From Oopsacas minuta (lineage: Eukaryota; Animalia; Porifera), in assembly GCA_024704765.1 (NCBI GenBank), contig JAKMXF010000077.1, positions 708,516-772,515 of the forward strand: 64,000 bases of DNA. The letters are read 5' to 3'. Positions within the stretch are counted from its first letter, which is position 1, and each line of letters begins with the position of its first letter. Made by a program: the position numbers and the translations under genes. The notes beneath the pieces are model-generated. The model had not been told where the DNA came from. It worked only from the letters and a program-made list of their open reading frames with translations, and searched no databases. Shown in pieces: positions 52,213-64,000 of this stretch.

Positions 52213-55081
52213 CATGGATAACTGAAAAAACATTATGACAAAAAAATGAGGTCGTTTAGATTTTGTCACTTTCTTATACAGAATTTTATGAGGAATCTGA
52301 ATATACATTCCAACAAATTTTCATACCATAAAATTGTTTTCACAGATTATGCAAAAATTATGACATCAAAATAATTCAAATATATCCCCATTTTTAATAT
52401 ATTATCGTGATTCCTCGCCGATATATTTCTTTCTAGAATCCAATTTAATTACTAGTTACCGAATAGAATTGATGTTTTAACGAATTCCTATCCAAAATGT
52501 CATTAGCATGACAACAAAATGAAACGTAGGAATTTACGCAATAGTTTTCAATCTAGCTAAGTAGTACTTGTATGTTATTATGTTTAGGATATATACGTAT
52601 AATATAATTATGAATTAATTCAGTCAAAGCATATGAGTGAAGAAACGAAACATGAACATGCAAAAACTAGAATTTGTCACTGGTGTTGTTCGAAAGTTGG
52701 CAAAATATTTTTGAGGAATAATCACCTAAAGGACACCTAGTTAGGTGAATCATACAACCATATTTGGAACCAATCAATATTTTAGAAGATAATCGTCCTT
52801 ATATCGTGTGTAATACTTGTAAGTTCTCTGTTTACTCTGTCTGCAGGGGATACCACGAGGAAACACCCGCACGATATGATTGGCCTATAATTCATAACAC
52901 GCGCTTAAACACCTGCAGCATTGGGAACTTATGTTCAATATGTGCCGAGAGTTCAAGGTTCGGTCGCAAGCATCAAGCTTCATCTTCGATAATCCATATA
53001 AAGCCTGGAAGACCAATGATCAATTCACCTCAAAAGATGATCAATATATGCAACAAATGTGCGAGTCGTGTTAGTCCTGGAGTTAGTCATATCTGTTTGA
53101 AAAAGACATTGATTATCAACGCACATAATATGTTGGAACACCATAACGCTATTAATACATTCGTTGGTGATAATGTATACCAAACATTACAAGAATGTGG
53201 CCACAACAAATCTTCAATTCAGTTGCCTAAAACTTCAGGTGGGAATCCGTTTCATCATTCTGTCTCCCTCCCAGTACTGACAAACGTCCAGCTAAATTAC
53301 CAAAAATGGATTTCTCTCACATCGCGAATTTGAAGTGTTCGGGAATGTCATTGTCTAATAAGCAGTTAAAGGTAGTAAGGTAGTACCATCAATGGATAGC
53401 TACTATAGGAAACGACATTTGTTGTGCGATGAAATATTCGAATGCATCCAGATTGAGCTGGACTATAGTAAAGAGAAATACAAGTCAGAATATAGGAACT
53501 CCTGGATAGTGAGATGTTGCAATATCGATGCCCTGATAGAAAAGATCTTTAATATAGGCGGAGAAATATCGGTACATGATCTTCATTTCAAGCTTGGATT
53601 AGACTTTAGTCATGGTTTCACTAAACTACTTATGTGTCTACAGAATGATAATTCTGTCGATAACCTGGTTTATCTATGGGTTACGAGTGCCCCTGAGTGT
53701 AATTATAACTTCTCCGTTATGCTTCTAGATGACCAGATAAAACGGCTGGTGGAAGAATACAACGTTTCATTTACAGTAGATTTGAAAGCTGCTAGTTATT
53801 GCTTGGGAATAATGAACGGACGTCACCCTTGTATATGGTGTACTTGGGACAATAGAAGGGGTTTAGACAGTGTTCAGTGGGAAGAACGAACATCTGCTCA
53901 CCATATAGAGATGTTTCAAAAGCTTCAAGATAAGTATCAGGGAGAATCTAAGAATCATGAAATTGACTGCGATGGTATTGAGGATCGCCAAACACTAAAT
54001 GTATGGCTGGTAGATTTCATGCAAATGTTTAATCTTCCCGAGTTACATCTGTTACTTGGGATAGGACAGAAGTTATACGATGCCATCCTCATCACAATGT
54101 CTGAGGACGAAAAAGAGCACCATGAAGCAATACTAAAAAACTGAATAATCATAGAAGTGCATACCAAGGAGGAGCATTTGAAGGTAATGCAATGAGGAAA
54201 ATCACAAAGGAGGTATTGGAACTCGGGTTTCCAAAGAGTAATTCGTCTTATATCACGCTTGTAAAATTCAGGGATGTTGTTGATTCTTGCTTCGGGAAAC
54301 ACATAAAGGGAGATTTCAAAATGGTAGTATATCATTTTGAATAATCATTTAAACAATCAGAACTTTCTTGCTCTACAAAAGTTCATGTTCTATGTAGGCA
54401 CCTAATTCCGTTTATCACGAATTATCTTCCAGATGGAATGGTTTGGGATCAGTTTCAGAACAAGAGTTTGAATCTGCCTATTCTAGATTTGGTAGAGGCT
54501 GGGAGGCAAGATATAAATGTCAAGAGGAAAATAAAAAATTTCCAGAGTGCTTATTAAACACAGTATCAGATATAAACTTCGTCAATTTCATAAATAAATC
54601 ATAGTATGTTAAGCTAGGTCATGTTCAACATCATAGTAGGAATAAAAATAATTGGTCAAGTTATGGTTAAGCATCGATAATTACACGTATATATCCTAAA
54701 TGTAATAACATACAAGTACTACTTTGCTACATTGAAAACTATTGCGCAAATTCCTACGTTTCATTTTGTTGCCATGCATATGACTTTTGGATAGGAATTC
54801 GTTTAAAACATCAATTCTATTCGGTAACTAGTAATTAATTTGAGTTCTAGAAAGAGATATATGGCGAAGAATCACGATAATATAGTAAAATGAGGATATA
54901 TTAGAATTATTTTAGCCAGAATTTTTTTGATTTCATAAATTTTTGTATAATCTGAAAAACAATTTAATTGTATGAAAAATTTTGGAGTGTATATTCGGAT
55001 TTCTCATAAAATTCTGTATAAGAAAGTGAAAAGATCTAAACGACCTCAATTTTTGTCATAATGTTTTTTCAGTTACCCATG
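52213..55081 (+). mobile_element. Chapaev transposon, full length, degenerate (2869 bp)
   Basis: AGGA|CATGG...CCATG|AGGA (4-bp TSD); about 400-bp TIRs. Chapa zinc finger H-x7-C-x2-C (HEHAKTRICHWC), CNTC and CSIC; core LGLDFSHGF, TVDLK...PCIWC, PELHLLLG, GGAFEGN and SEQEFES. Confidence 0.9.
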
Positions 55082-55379
55082 AGGAGTGAACACAGATATT
55101 CCAGTTTAGGAAGAACAGGTTTTCCCCTAATTGAGAATTGTCCAAATATTTCGTTCCTTTCGTATCAGAAGAATAATAAAATATAATAATTAAGCGGAAA
55201 TTCCATAATATGTACAAATTTCGCTGTACATTAGGTGTATTAATGATGTGTGCATGTATATTTGGGTGGTGCATATCATGTATCATATTGTTTAAAATGC
55301 GATCTGGAAAAAATAAGTTTTCAGCTGTTTTAAACATGTCAAGAGAAAGAGAATTTCGATAACAGGCGGGTGAGAATTT

Positions 55380-56520
55380 GGTTCAGTAAGGCCAGCGATG
55401 GAGAAGGATCGATCAGCAAGATTCTTAGAGGATTTGATGATGGGATGTTCAAGAAGAATAGCATTATTTGATTTTAGAGCACGCGATGGTGGTTACACGT
55501 TTATCAGTTAAGTGATGCAACATGGTGCTAGAGAATGGATGACTTTGTAGGATGAGAAGGATTTTGAAGAGGTTGCGATATTTCACCCGCAGCTAGTGTA
55601 GATCAAAAAGCAGAGGAGTGGATGATAGAGCTGGAGACTTGGTGGCAAGGTGGAAGGGAGAGCATAAAGAAGAGCGTTACAGTACTCTAGGGGAGAGGTC
55701 AACAGGGCATTCTCAAGAGCTTCGCAGGATTTATGGCTGAGATATGTCAAGATACGACGGATGTTGTCAATGAAATACAAACAAGATGCGGAGTCTTTAG
55801 AGGCATGATTTGACATGGGTAGTGTGCTATAGAACCAAGTGTCCAAGTTCTTCACTTCTTGGTATAATGGGATGCTAGATGAGGCAACGAGAGACCATCA
55901 AGATGGACTTTGGAGAGTTGCTGTCTAGTACCGAAGGTCTGAAATTCTGTTTTTGAATCGATGGTGAGGAGACTGTTGTTGATTGGCCACGTACGGAATT
56001 CAGATACACAAGATTAGATGGCGATAAGTGAGATGTACTCGGATGTTGAGAATTGGGTTTGAAGGGGAGGTAGATCTGGTTGTCATCCACATAGCGGTGC
56101 ATTTCAGGAAGATGAGATTTGGTGAAATCGAAAATGGACTAGTATAAAGAGTAAAGATGAGAGGACCAAGACAAGAACCTTGTAGGAAGCCATGTTCGAG
56201 AGGAAGATCAGGAGAGTGAGATCCATTGAGAGGACTGTAGATTGCGACGACAGGATCAAGATTGGGTTTCTTCAGGTTGGAACACATGACGGCGCGTTTC
56301 CAGGCAGATGGGAAAATACAGTAGACAGTGAAATGTTGACGAATTTATTTAAGAAAGGAGCCAGAACATGTAGGGATGACTTCATTAGCTTGGTTCGAAT
56401 GTGGTCGAGGTCACAAGGAGGTGGCTAGATGCTTGATCACTTCATTTGATAGTTCACTGAATTTGTAGGATAGGTGCGGACACGGTTTCAGGATAGATAG
56501 TGGATATGGAAGTTGGCGAA
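55380..56520 (-). mobile_element. L2/CR1-group non-LTR retrotransposon reverse transcriptase fragment
   Basis: LKKPNLDP, GFLQGSCLGPLIFTLY, RYVDDNQIY (YADD-like) and LTSPLEYCNALL (L2 C-terminal). Frameshifted. Confidence 0.88.
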
Positions 56521-56577
56521 GAGATGGGCGAATTGATGCTGGTTTTAGTGGTATTGTGTTTTTGGATGAACATTTTT

Positions 56578-56588
56578 TATTATTTTTA

Positions 56589-56652
<64 letters not shown>

Positions 56653-56654
56653 AA
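56578..56654. repeat. (TTA)n microsatellite
   Basis: About 25 TTA units; a shorter TTA tract continues beyond the Chapaev3 insertion at ~58937-58965. Confidence 0.95.
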
Positions 56655-58936
56655 CAGTGGTCAACACGTATTTGGTGCCTTGGAAGTTTGACTTTTTTAG
56701 GTATATTTTGTACGTAGATTCGAAAAATGCCTTCAGTTTTGATCAATCAGCTCTTGTTTTGAAATATATCCCCGATTGACTTAAACTAATGAAGTACTAT
56801 AATATCTACATATACGAATATATGTGTTAAGAATTGGTTGCCATTAGCACAAACGTTTTCACAAGAGTAATAATATATGGAAATTCTATAAACAGTAGAA
56901 ACAATCAATCAATGTTTAAAAAGCGTCTTTTTCGGGGCATCCTTGAGTGAGATTTGCCTGGACAATCTCGCTGAAGACTCCAGCAGGAATCTCCAATCTT
57001 GTGAACATCCCACCTTCCCTGGTACCTATCTTCCATTACCCTGATGTCTCGACGGAACCTTTCTCCTTGTTCTTCACTTAGGTTCCCAAGTTTTCGGGGA
57101 GATGATCTAAATGGTCATGGAGATAATGAACCTTGATGTTCATCTTACAGCCAAGATTATTGAATTTCGAGAGCATGTGCCTACTAATTCAGCGAAATTT
57201 TATGCATTGTAGTTGCCCAAAAGATTTTGGGTAACTAACACAAATGCGGACCAAGCTCCAGATTCAGTGTTTTCATGGAACTAAAAAACATGTCTTTAAT
57301 GAGCCTTCTGATCTTGGGGTCATCAAATATTCCAGTTTCGAGCTTTTCGGTGCCAAGTTCAGGAAATGAACTGCATAGATAATGGAAGCAGGAATCATCT
57401 TAATTTAGAGTTTGGACGAATTGTTTCATGAGGTCTAGCCTGATCTGCAGTGGTAGAAGAATGAACATTTTCCCTGTTTGTAATCAGAGGTTTGTTAATG
57501 ATGCTTATTTCTCCACTACCATAATCTTCCTCAAGGGCCAAACTTTTCTTGTCCAGTGGTCATTTCTTGCTCAGCTATCCCAAAGACAAAGGAAGCATGG
57601 GTATTTTGTGTAGCCACTTTGCTGGCTAGGAGGAAATTAACTATCTTCATGCCAACACAATTACTCATTGATGAATAAGATTTTTCCTTATCTCCAAAAC
57701 CAGTTTGATTGACTCATACTCCTCCTTCATACTTGTTGAGTGACCAATTGGAAAAGAAGCATATCTGTTCCCATTATGAAGCAAAACACATCCCAAAACT
57801 CCTAGTAGAACTGTCGATAAAAAGGCGCCATTCATTTGGCCTGTATTCTGGTACACCCATCTCTCCGAAAAGACCTCCAACATCATTGCACCAACTAGAC
57901 TGTCGTCGTTGGAAAAGTAAGGCAATAAAGACCGCCCTCTGTTACGATAATATGCAATCTTGGTTCCAGAATCAAGTAAATTTTTGTCATTCAACCTGGA
58001 TGCCAGTACATTACAAGATTTTTTCGAGAGGTCGAGATTCCTGATGAGATCATTCAGTTCAAGTTGTTCAAAACGTTGGGGATCATGGATGAAGGGTCTT
58101 CAAAATTGCTGTCACTCGAATTAACTTCTGCTTTATGAAGAATACCTGAATCATTTAGATGAAGGTTCGAAGCCGGAATGGGCACCTCATCTGAGTGTAG
58201 AACAGGTCGTCTCGCTGACTCTAGGCCAGGATATGTCCAATTACTCTTATTCTTATAATTGATTCCTTGATATTTGCAATACAGAAGTAACAATCATCAC
58301 AATGGTTTTTTGGCTCCCCCAAACTATTGGTATACCAAATTTCAGACTTCTCCTCTTACAAACAGTCCATTGCCGCAGATGCTCCGTACAAGTTTTACAT
58401 ACTGTGCATGGGGCCCATAGTTTATCTTGGTCTCCAAGCCTGACTCTAAACAAGCAAGATATGCCTTCTTAACAAAGTCGGAGATAGTTTTTCGCTGTTC
58501 TCCCATAGTATAGCTACCACAAATATAGCAGAATACATTTGGGTTATTCAAACAACTTCTTCTTGACGAAGCCATATCATACAACAATAACTACTTAGTA
58601 TTTGAAATGGAAATAAATATAATGTGATAACAATTATATCCAAAAAATTAAGCATGCATGATATGGTTTTAGAATAAATTAAAGATGCAATATTTCAAGA
58701 CTTAAGTCAGTCACAAAATTGTTTTGATTTACTAAAGAAACATTATTTAATTAGGGTAATATCCCAAATTAAGCCTGCATTAAAGGCGAATCTGTATTAA
58801 GGAACATATTCAAACTTAAAAACTAGACTGATGGAGTAAAACCAATGGTAGTATTGAAATCAGCAAATCAAGTATACTCTAAAATAGGGCTAAATTCTGA
58901 GGCGCCAAAAAGGTTTTTCATTTCTGTAGGGCTGTG
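56655..58936 (-). mobile_element. Chapaev3-type transposon, near full length, degenerate (2282 bp)
   Basis: TAA on both sides; degenerate TIRs (TTTGG(C/T)GCCT...ATCAG). MASSRRSCLNNPNVFCYICG, GDQDKLWAP, VLLHNGNRYASFPIGHS. Confidence 0.88.
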
Positions 58937-59018
58937 TAATAATTATCAATTATTATTATTATTACTAACAGTATTATCATTATAAATCTCTTCGTATACT
59001 CCAGTACCAAACACTTAC

Positions 59019-60450
59019 GTAGGAATTTCAGAGTTGACTAACCTGACCAGAATAACTTACTAGTACCATACTTGCATATCATATTAAACTTGGGTAGACA
59101 TCACATAATGGTGAAAGCGCAATTTCAAAATTGCCGGAAATTGACTTTTGGTCCTTAGTGTCAAAGCAATGTATAATTGTGACGACTTAGTACTCATAAG
59201 GTTGTTAAAAAAGGATTTTTTGGATTTATAGCATAGTATTGGATTGTATCAGTTTACATATTTAATTATTGTTATATGAATTGGATTGCATTAAAAATGA
59301 ACTAATTTATCATACTTTTATAAATTACAGTTACGAGTTATAGTTTGCTCAAATATACGACTATGTATTACGTGTTAGAATGATATTGAGATGCAAAATA
59401 ATATCAATGACAAACCAAATGTACATACAACAGTTGTGCAATTATCATAAGACAAATTTTGCTACCAAAAGTATCGAAAGTATATTTATGAATGTCGAAA
59501 TCCATACATATGGATTCAGTCACAGAGAAAGTCAAGAAAGTAAAACTCAGAAATGATATAGACTTCGGGTTAATAGGTCCGTCATTGGAAACTGGTTTCA
59601 CAGAAATTCCTACGGACCATCTTTTTCTATGGAAAATGGTTTTAGGTCAAAAATTCGATCAAGATTTTGGTGTATTTCGGCCATCATTTAGATTGCAGCT
59701 CAGGGATTTTCTTGGATTAGTTTACAAGCTTCAAGGAGAGTTGTGAGGATGCAAACAACCGCATGATTATTTGATTGAGCATTTATAGCTTGTTGAGGTT
59801 GTTTGAAATGGATTGCCTCTATTTAGTTGATTCTTAGGCATTTTAGATACTGATATACATATACTTCGTATATAATACCTTGACTCTTAGAATTGATCTT
59901 GCAACTATTTACTAATAAATTTTTATTTATATATTCGATCAACATATAAAAGAGAGAAACAACATTATCAGGTAGGATCAATTTTCCATCAAAGATTTAG
60001 TCACCTCGGAGTTCGGAACAATTTTGAATATAATTTTGGCCCATGACCTAATTTTTCAGGAATACCAAAATTCGTGACAGCTCAACCGCGTGATTTCATC
60101 TATTCGCCAAGTTACTAACGGATTACTAGGTACTTTGTTGCTATTATATATGATAAAAGGTCAGACGATGTTTACAGTTTACCACTAAATAGGAGATTGA
60201 CAATATCGTTCCCTGAATTGTAGGCGAGTTATGGAACTTGGCTTGCATAGCGACGGCGCCGCGTATTCAAGCTTGTGGGCGTCCATGATGATGGATTGTG
60301 GTTGTCTAAACAGCATTTACCATAGAGAATAATGCAAAGGTCTTCGGTGTATAACGAACACAAGACAGTCACGGCGGCCCCGGCACAGTAGTATACATAC
60401 CAAGCATCCTACGAGCCAGCAAATTTCTCTCTCAAATTTAGCATCTAGAA
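59019..60450 (-). pseudogene. Run of degenerate FN3 exons
   Basis: YTTVPGPP*; KLGHGPKLYSKLFRTP with donor |GTGACT at 60005; QTTSTSY; GISVKPVSNDGPINP; YDMQV with donor |GTAAGT at 59019. Confidence 0.6.
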
Positions 60451-60799
60451 ATCTAAATCTGAAGAAAGAGGGGCAGAATGCGAGCAGTTTAGGAACTTAT
60501 TCATTATTTAACCAAGCTCTTTGATGTAGCAGTCTCAGATGCTATGTTCTAAAGATAGACTCAAGGGAAAGACGGATAAAGATCAAGACATTGCTCTTCT
60601 AGCTGACTAAAGAGTAGCTGAAACAGTTCGATTATCGCAAGAGACATGATAGATAACAACAAAGAATCTAAATACTAGAGACTTGAGATTAAGAAATTGA
60701 ATAAAATCTAATATCTTCTCATTTAGCGATGCATGATGACAAAACAAATACTAGATACGAAGTTAATGAATTGGTTTTCTGCCCAACACAACAATTTAA

Positions 60800-61900
60800 A
60801 GAATTTAGAACAGTGATGATTATGTACTCTAGGAATACCAGGTAGAATCTTAGAGTATTGTGGTTACAGCAGTTGCTGATCGTTACAATAGTCAGATAAT
60901 CAGTTAGTCTGGGTCTCTGCTTGAGCGAAATTTAGTGGGGGTAATCTTGATTATATCGTTTTATCTACTTCGTCTTGTGGTCGCGGAGGAACAATTGCAA
61001 TTGCGGACTGAAACCTCACTAGAAGTTCATTAATTCCTAAAGTTTATAACTGTACTGTACATGTTCAAGTTGATGCCAAGACTACCAAATATCAATTGAT
61101 GTTCGCGAACTTGTGTTTCATATCAATGATGCTAATAGGAACACCGAGGTACAGCAACTCTGATAGAAGGGAAATAAACAATAAGAGCCTGTATATTGCT
61201 TGTCGTCAACATACTTATGAATTAATATTGAAAGATGCAAGCCCGGAAGAAGAAAATTAACAGTGGTCTTGCAAATAACAAAGTGGTCAGGCAATAATGC
61301 TAAGTGTCCATAGCTACCCCATACAAATGTACACGGCAAGCCAAAAAGTGGTCAGCCAATTACCTTACCTGGCTGACCGTTCTTGCAGGCATTGAGATGT
61401 CTGGAAATTGATCTTGGTTCGCCGATTTCTTGTCAGAACAGATTAGGGTATGTAAAATTAATTACTTGTTTCAGTGTTTCCTCCAGAATTTTTGGTAAGT
61501 GCTCATTTCTTGATTGTTTGGGGCCTCTGTCGCATTACACGTTTCAGGGCCTATGTATAGAGTCTTCATTTTACCGCAGCTAGATATTAAAAGCGCGTCG
61601 TTAAGCAGGAAAACACGTTGATTGACGCGCTTTGGGGGAAACACTGACTTATTTCTCATCCGGAATTTCCTCGGGAACTGGTACGACGGGCGGAATTGTA
61701 TTTGTAATTTTATAGGTCAGTTTATATAAAAATATTTTGAACCTTCGATATCTCGCCACATCTCTCTCAGCATTAAAATATTGAATTTTCAAATATACGC
61801 AAATAGTTAATGTGGATTTCACACTCTGTGACCAAAGAATTATCCATAAAGTGGACAAAAAAATAAAATCTTTCCGGAAGAGGGGAAATTTTGGGGCGGC
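60800..61900 (-). pseudogene. Degenerate leader/Ig/FN3 exons, possible 5' end of a gene copy
   Basis: Hydrophobic FLSTLWIILWSQSV; donor CCAG|GTAAGG at 61369; LSILIH...QYTGSYC (GxYxC-like); IVPPRPQ. Confidence 0.45.
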
Positions 61901-62133
61901 AGGGAAGAGAGAAACAAAATGCAATTTTACATCACATTAATTATTAGATTTCAATGGCACACAATTGACACATCCCTTCAATCAAGCCTTGCACTACATC
62001 GTGCTTTAGAACATATGTGTTCAGGAGATTTAGTTAATATATGGATATATCAAAGAATAATGAGTTAAATTACAAATAATCGGAATGTTTACATACATTG
62101 CTAAAAATAATAATCAAATACTAGGCTATAAAT

Positions 62134-62637
62134 CAGAGATGCAGCGATATGGAATGGACGGTGGGCCAGACAGGACCGTCGGTTTCAGGTCGATCTGGTC
62201 CGATTTTCATCAAATTCGGTATAGATCGGTCCGAATTAGCGACCTAACGGTGCTGACCGAATTTAATACTGAGTCATTATACAAATGTATAGTCGCTTAC
62301 TAGCCAATGTCTCTGGTTTTTTGAACATTTGTTGACTATTGAGGGTAATGTCCTGCCCAAACCTTAAGGTGGCTTTACAGGATAAGAGAATTATTATATC
62401 GATCAAGACCGGTCCAAGATTATGATTGTGCGGTCTGGACCGGTCCGGACCCCATAAATATCTGTACATTGACTTCACTGGGCCATATTTGACTCATAAA
62501 TATTTGTGAATACACTACACCTAAGTCATATTCCCATAAATTCTTGTCAATTCACTTCACTGGGGTGATTTTTGACACGTCCAAAATGAAATAAATGACG
62601 GTCTGGCCCATGAATTAGCCCGATCGCTGCACCACTT
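62134..62637. mobile_element. hAT-like MITE with GGACC/GGTCC subterminal repeats
   Basis: Ends CAGAGATGCAGCGAT..TGGGCCAGAC and reverse complement ..GTGCAGCGAT..TGGGCCAGAC; TSD not conserved. Confidence 0.55.
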
Positions 62638-63262
62638 AAAAATAAAATTTTCGAAAAATGGGACAAAATATCCCCAAATTGGATTTAAGGATTTCAGATA
62701 AAAGTGCAGATGCAAGATGTCAATTCAATTTGGATGAAAATGTCATTCTTACTATAATAAGAATGACAATCTGACATACTATAAGTATTAATGAATCTAA
62801 ACAAGAGTTGGTACCGGGTTTGCATAGTATTCCAAGTACCGAAAAACAATATATAGTAGTGAAAAGAATAAATGAAGTCTTAAGTAAAGTACTAGCGACC
62901 CTTGTATTATTAAAAGCAATTGAAGTATAAGATACGAAAGAATGTATCAATATTCGGAAGGAGTCCAGATGATAGAGAGTTTCAAGTATTAATTGAAAGT
63001 AAAATGGATAATCACAAAATGAAAAATGAAGATGCTAGAAGGCCGTTGAAGATGAAAAATTTTACAACAAAATTGATATTGCAAAATACATCCAAATCTC
63101 AACTATCGATAGCATTACAACAACTGAAATCAAATAGTATTTAGGACAAGAAACATGAATCTGAACTGAGCATACTTCATCCGCTTCACTCCCACTACTC
63201 ATATAAATTTTAATGAATTTGGGTCCTCGAGTTGTCAATATCTGTCTATGAAGCTAATACTA

Positions 63263-64000
63263 CTTGGGGCATTCAAAAAGTTCTCATCTTTGCATAACAT
63301 CATGACACTACAACAACTTACGTATTTCAACTTTCTACATAAAAATGTTCAAAATACTCCTCTCTACATCTATGCATTGTTTAGCCTTTCAACCTCATTT
63401 CGAAAATGGGTTTCACTCGCCGTTATCCACGGAATTTAGGTCGTGGTAAATTCCATTTCCTAGCTCTTGTTGGTTATGAAATAGCCAGAAATCACAAGGT
63501 GTTTGATCTGGAGAATGCAGAGGATGTTCATCGTTTCAAACCCGATATCCTAATAAATTCCCCAACGTATTTGAAACACAAGGTCTGGCAATATCGTCGA
63601 AATTCTGATTCCTTCAGTTCCTGCACGCGGACGTCGTGTTTGATAGACATTCTCGACTTCTCTCAGGCATTACCTGTGGAAATTCTCTACTGAGTTGTCT
63701 CATTTAGGCTCGAATATTTTGAGCGATTGGCCCATAAACATGAGAAAATCCGGTGTAGAGAACTCTGAAGTACAAACGTACCTTTTCGGGGGGAGAAGAA
63801 CCTTATGGGACCCACGATTTGCTTTGTTACTTACACAGAAGTTCAGGAAATCTAAACCAAGTTTCGTCACCAATAACGATTTATATAACCTTCGGGAATC
63901 ACAATCTCTATATTCTTTAAGCAATTTTTCTTGCATGAAAACCCTCTTTCTCCTTTGCCCCTTTGTGAGGATTTGGTATCCATCGCGCTGAAATCTTAGG
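63263..64000 (-). mobile_element. 3' part of a degenerate mariner (continues beyond the window)
   Basis: TA|CTTGGGGCATTCAAAAAGTTCTC TIR. Reverse complement of 30904-31632, with matching ORF translations in the track. Confidence 0.9.

Noticed and set aside
52219-55075. TA target-site duplication (Tc1-like) for the long-TIR element
   Set aside because: The inverted match extends further out to CATGG, and an exact 4-bp AGGA duplication flanks it, fitting Chapaev.
56411-56746. Poly-Asn and poly-Tyr ORFs
   Set aside because: They are translations of the (TTA)n microsatellite fused to LINE sequence.
3700-61900. Alternative genetic code (TGA=Cys/Trp, TAG read-through) to explain stops at conserved Ig/FN3 positions
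   Set aside because: The same exons also have frameshifts, all three stop types occur, and intact exons use standard TGT/TGC and TGG; ordinary decay explains it.
1-64000. CRISPR arrays, rRNA, intact tRNA genes or prokaryotic operons
   Set aside because: No regularly spaced repeat-spacer arrays or RNA gene structures seen; spliceosomal introns and eukaryotic TE superfamilies dominate.

Overview
AT-rich eukaryotic (animal) genomic DNA; no prokaryotic operons, rRNA or CRISPR seen. Two layers are interleaved. (1) A minus-strand array of immunoglobulin-like (Ig) and fibronectin type III (FN3) exons runs from about 62 kb to about 2 kb. Most exons carry stops or frameshifts, but three are intact phase 1-1 Ig exons with GT-AG boundaries (2260-2502, 12591-12854, 40764-41132). 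This looks like one very large, or several tandem, decaying Ig/FN3 cell-surface receptor genes. (2) About 20 mostly degenerate transposon insertions: six mariner copies, a DD37E Tc1-like element, several hAT types (ZMYM1-like, Charlie-like, hATm), a THAP/P-element, a RAG1-like/Transib fragment, a full-length Chapaev with about 400-bp TIRs, three Chapaev3 copies, a NOF-FB/MULE-like element with an OTU protease domain, an L2-type LINE fragment, MITEs and a long-TIR non-autonomous element. The Ig domain style and small introns suggest a sponge-like early-branching animal (inference only). All assignments were made by eye from motifs, TIRs and TSDs; no alignments or database searches were run. Coordinates of degenerate features are approximate.
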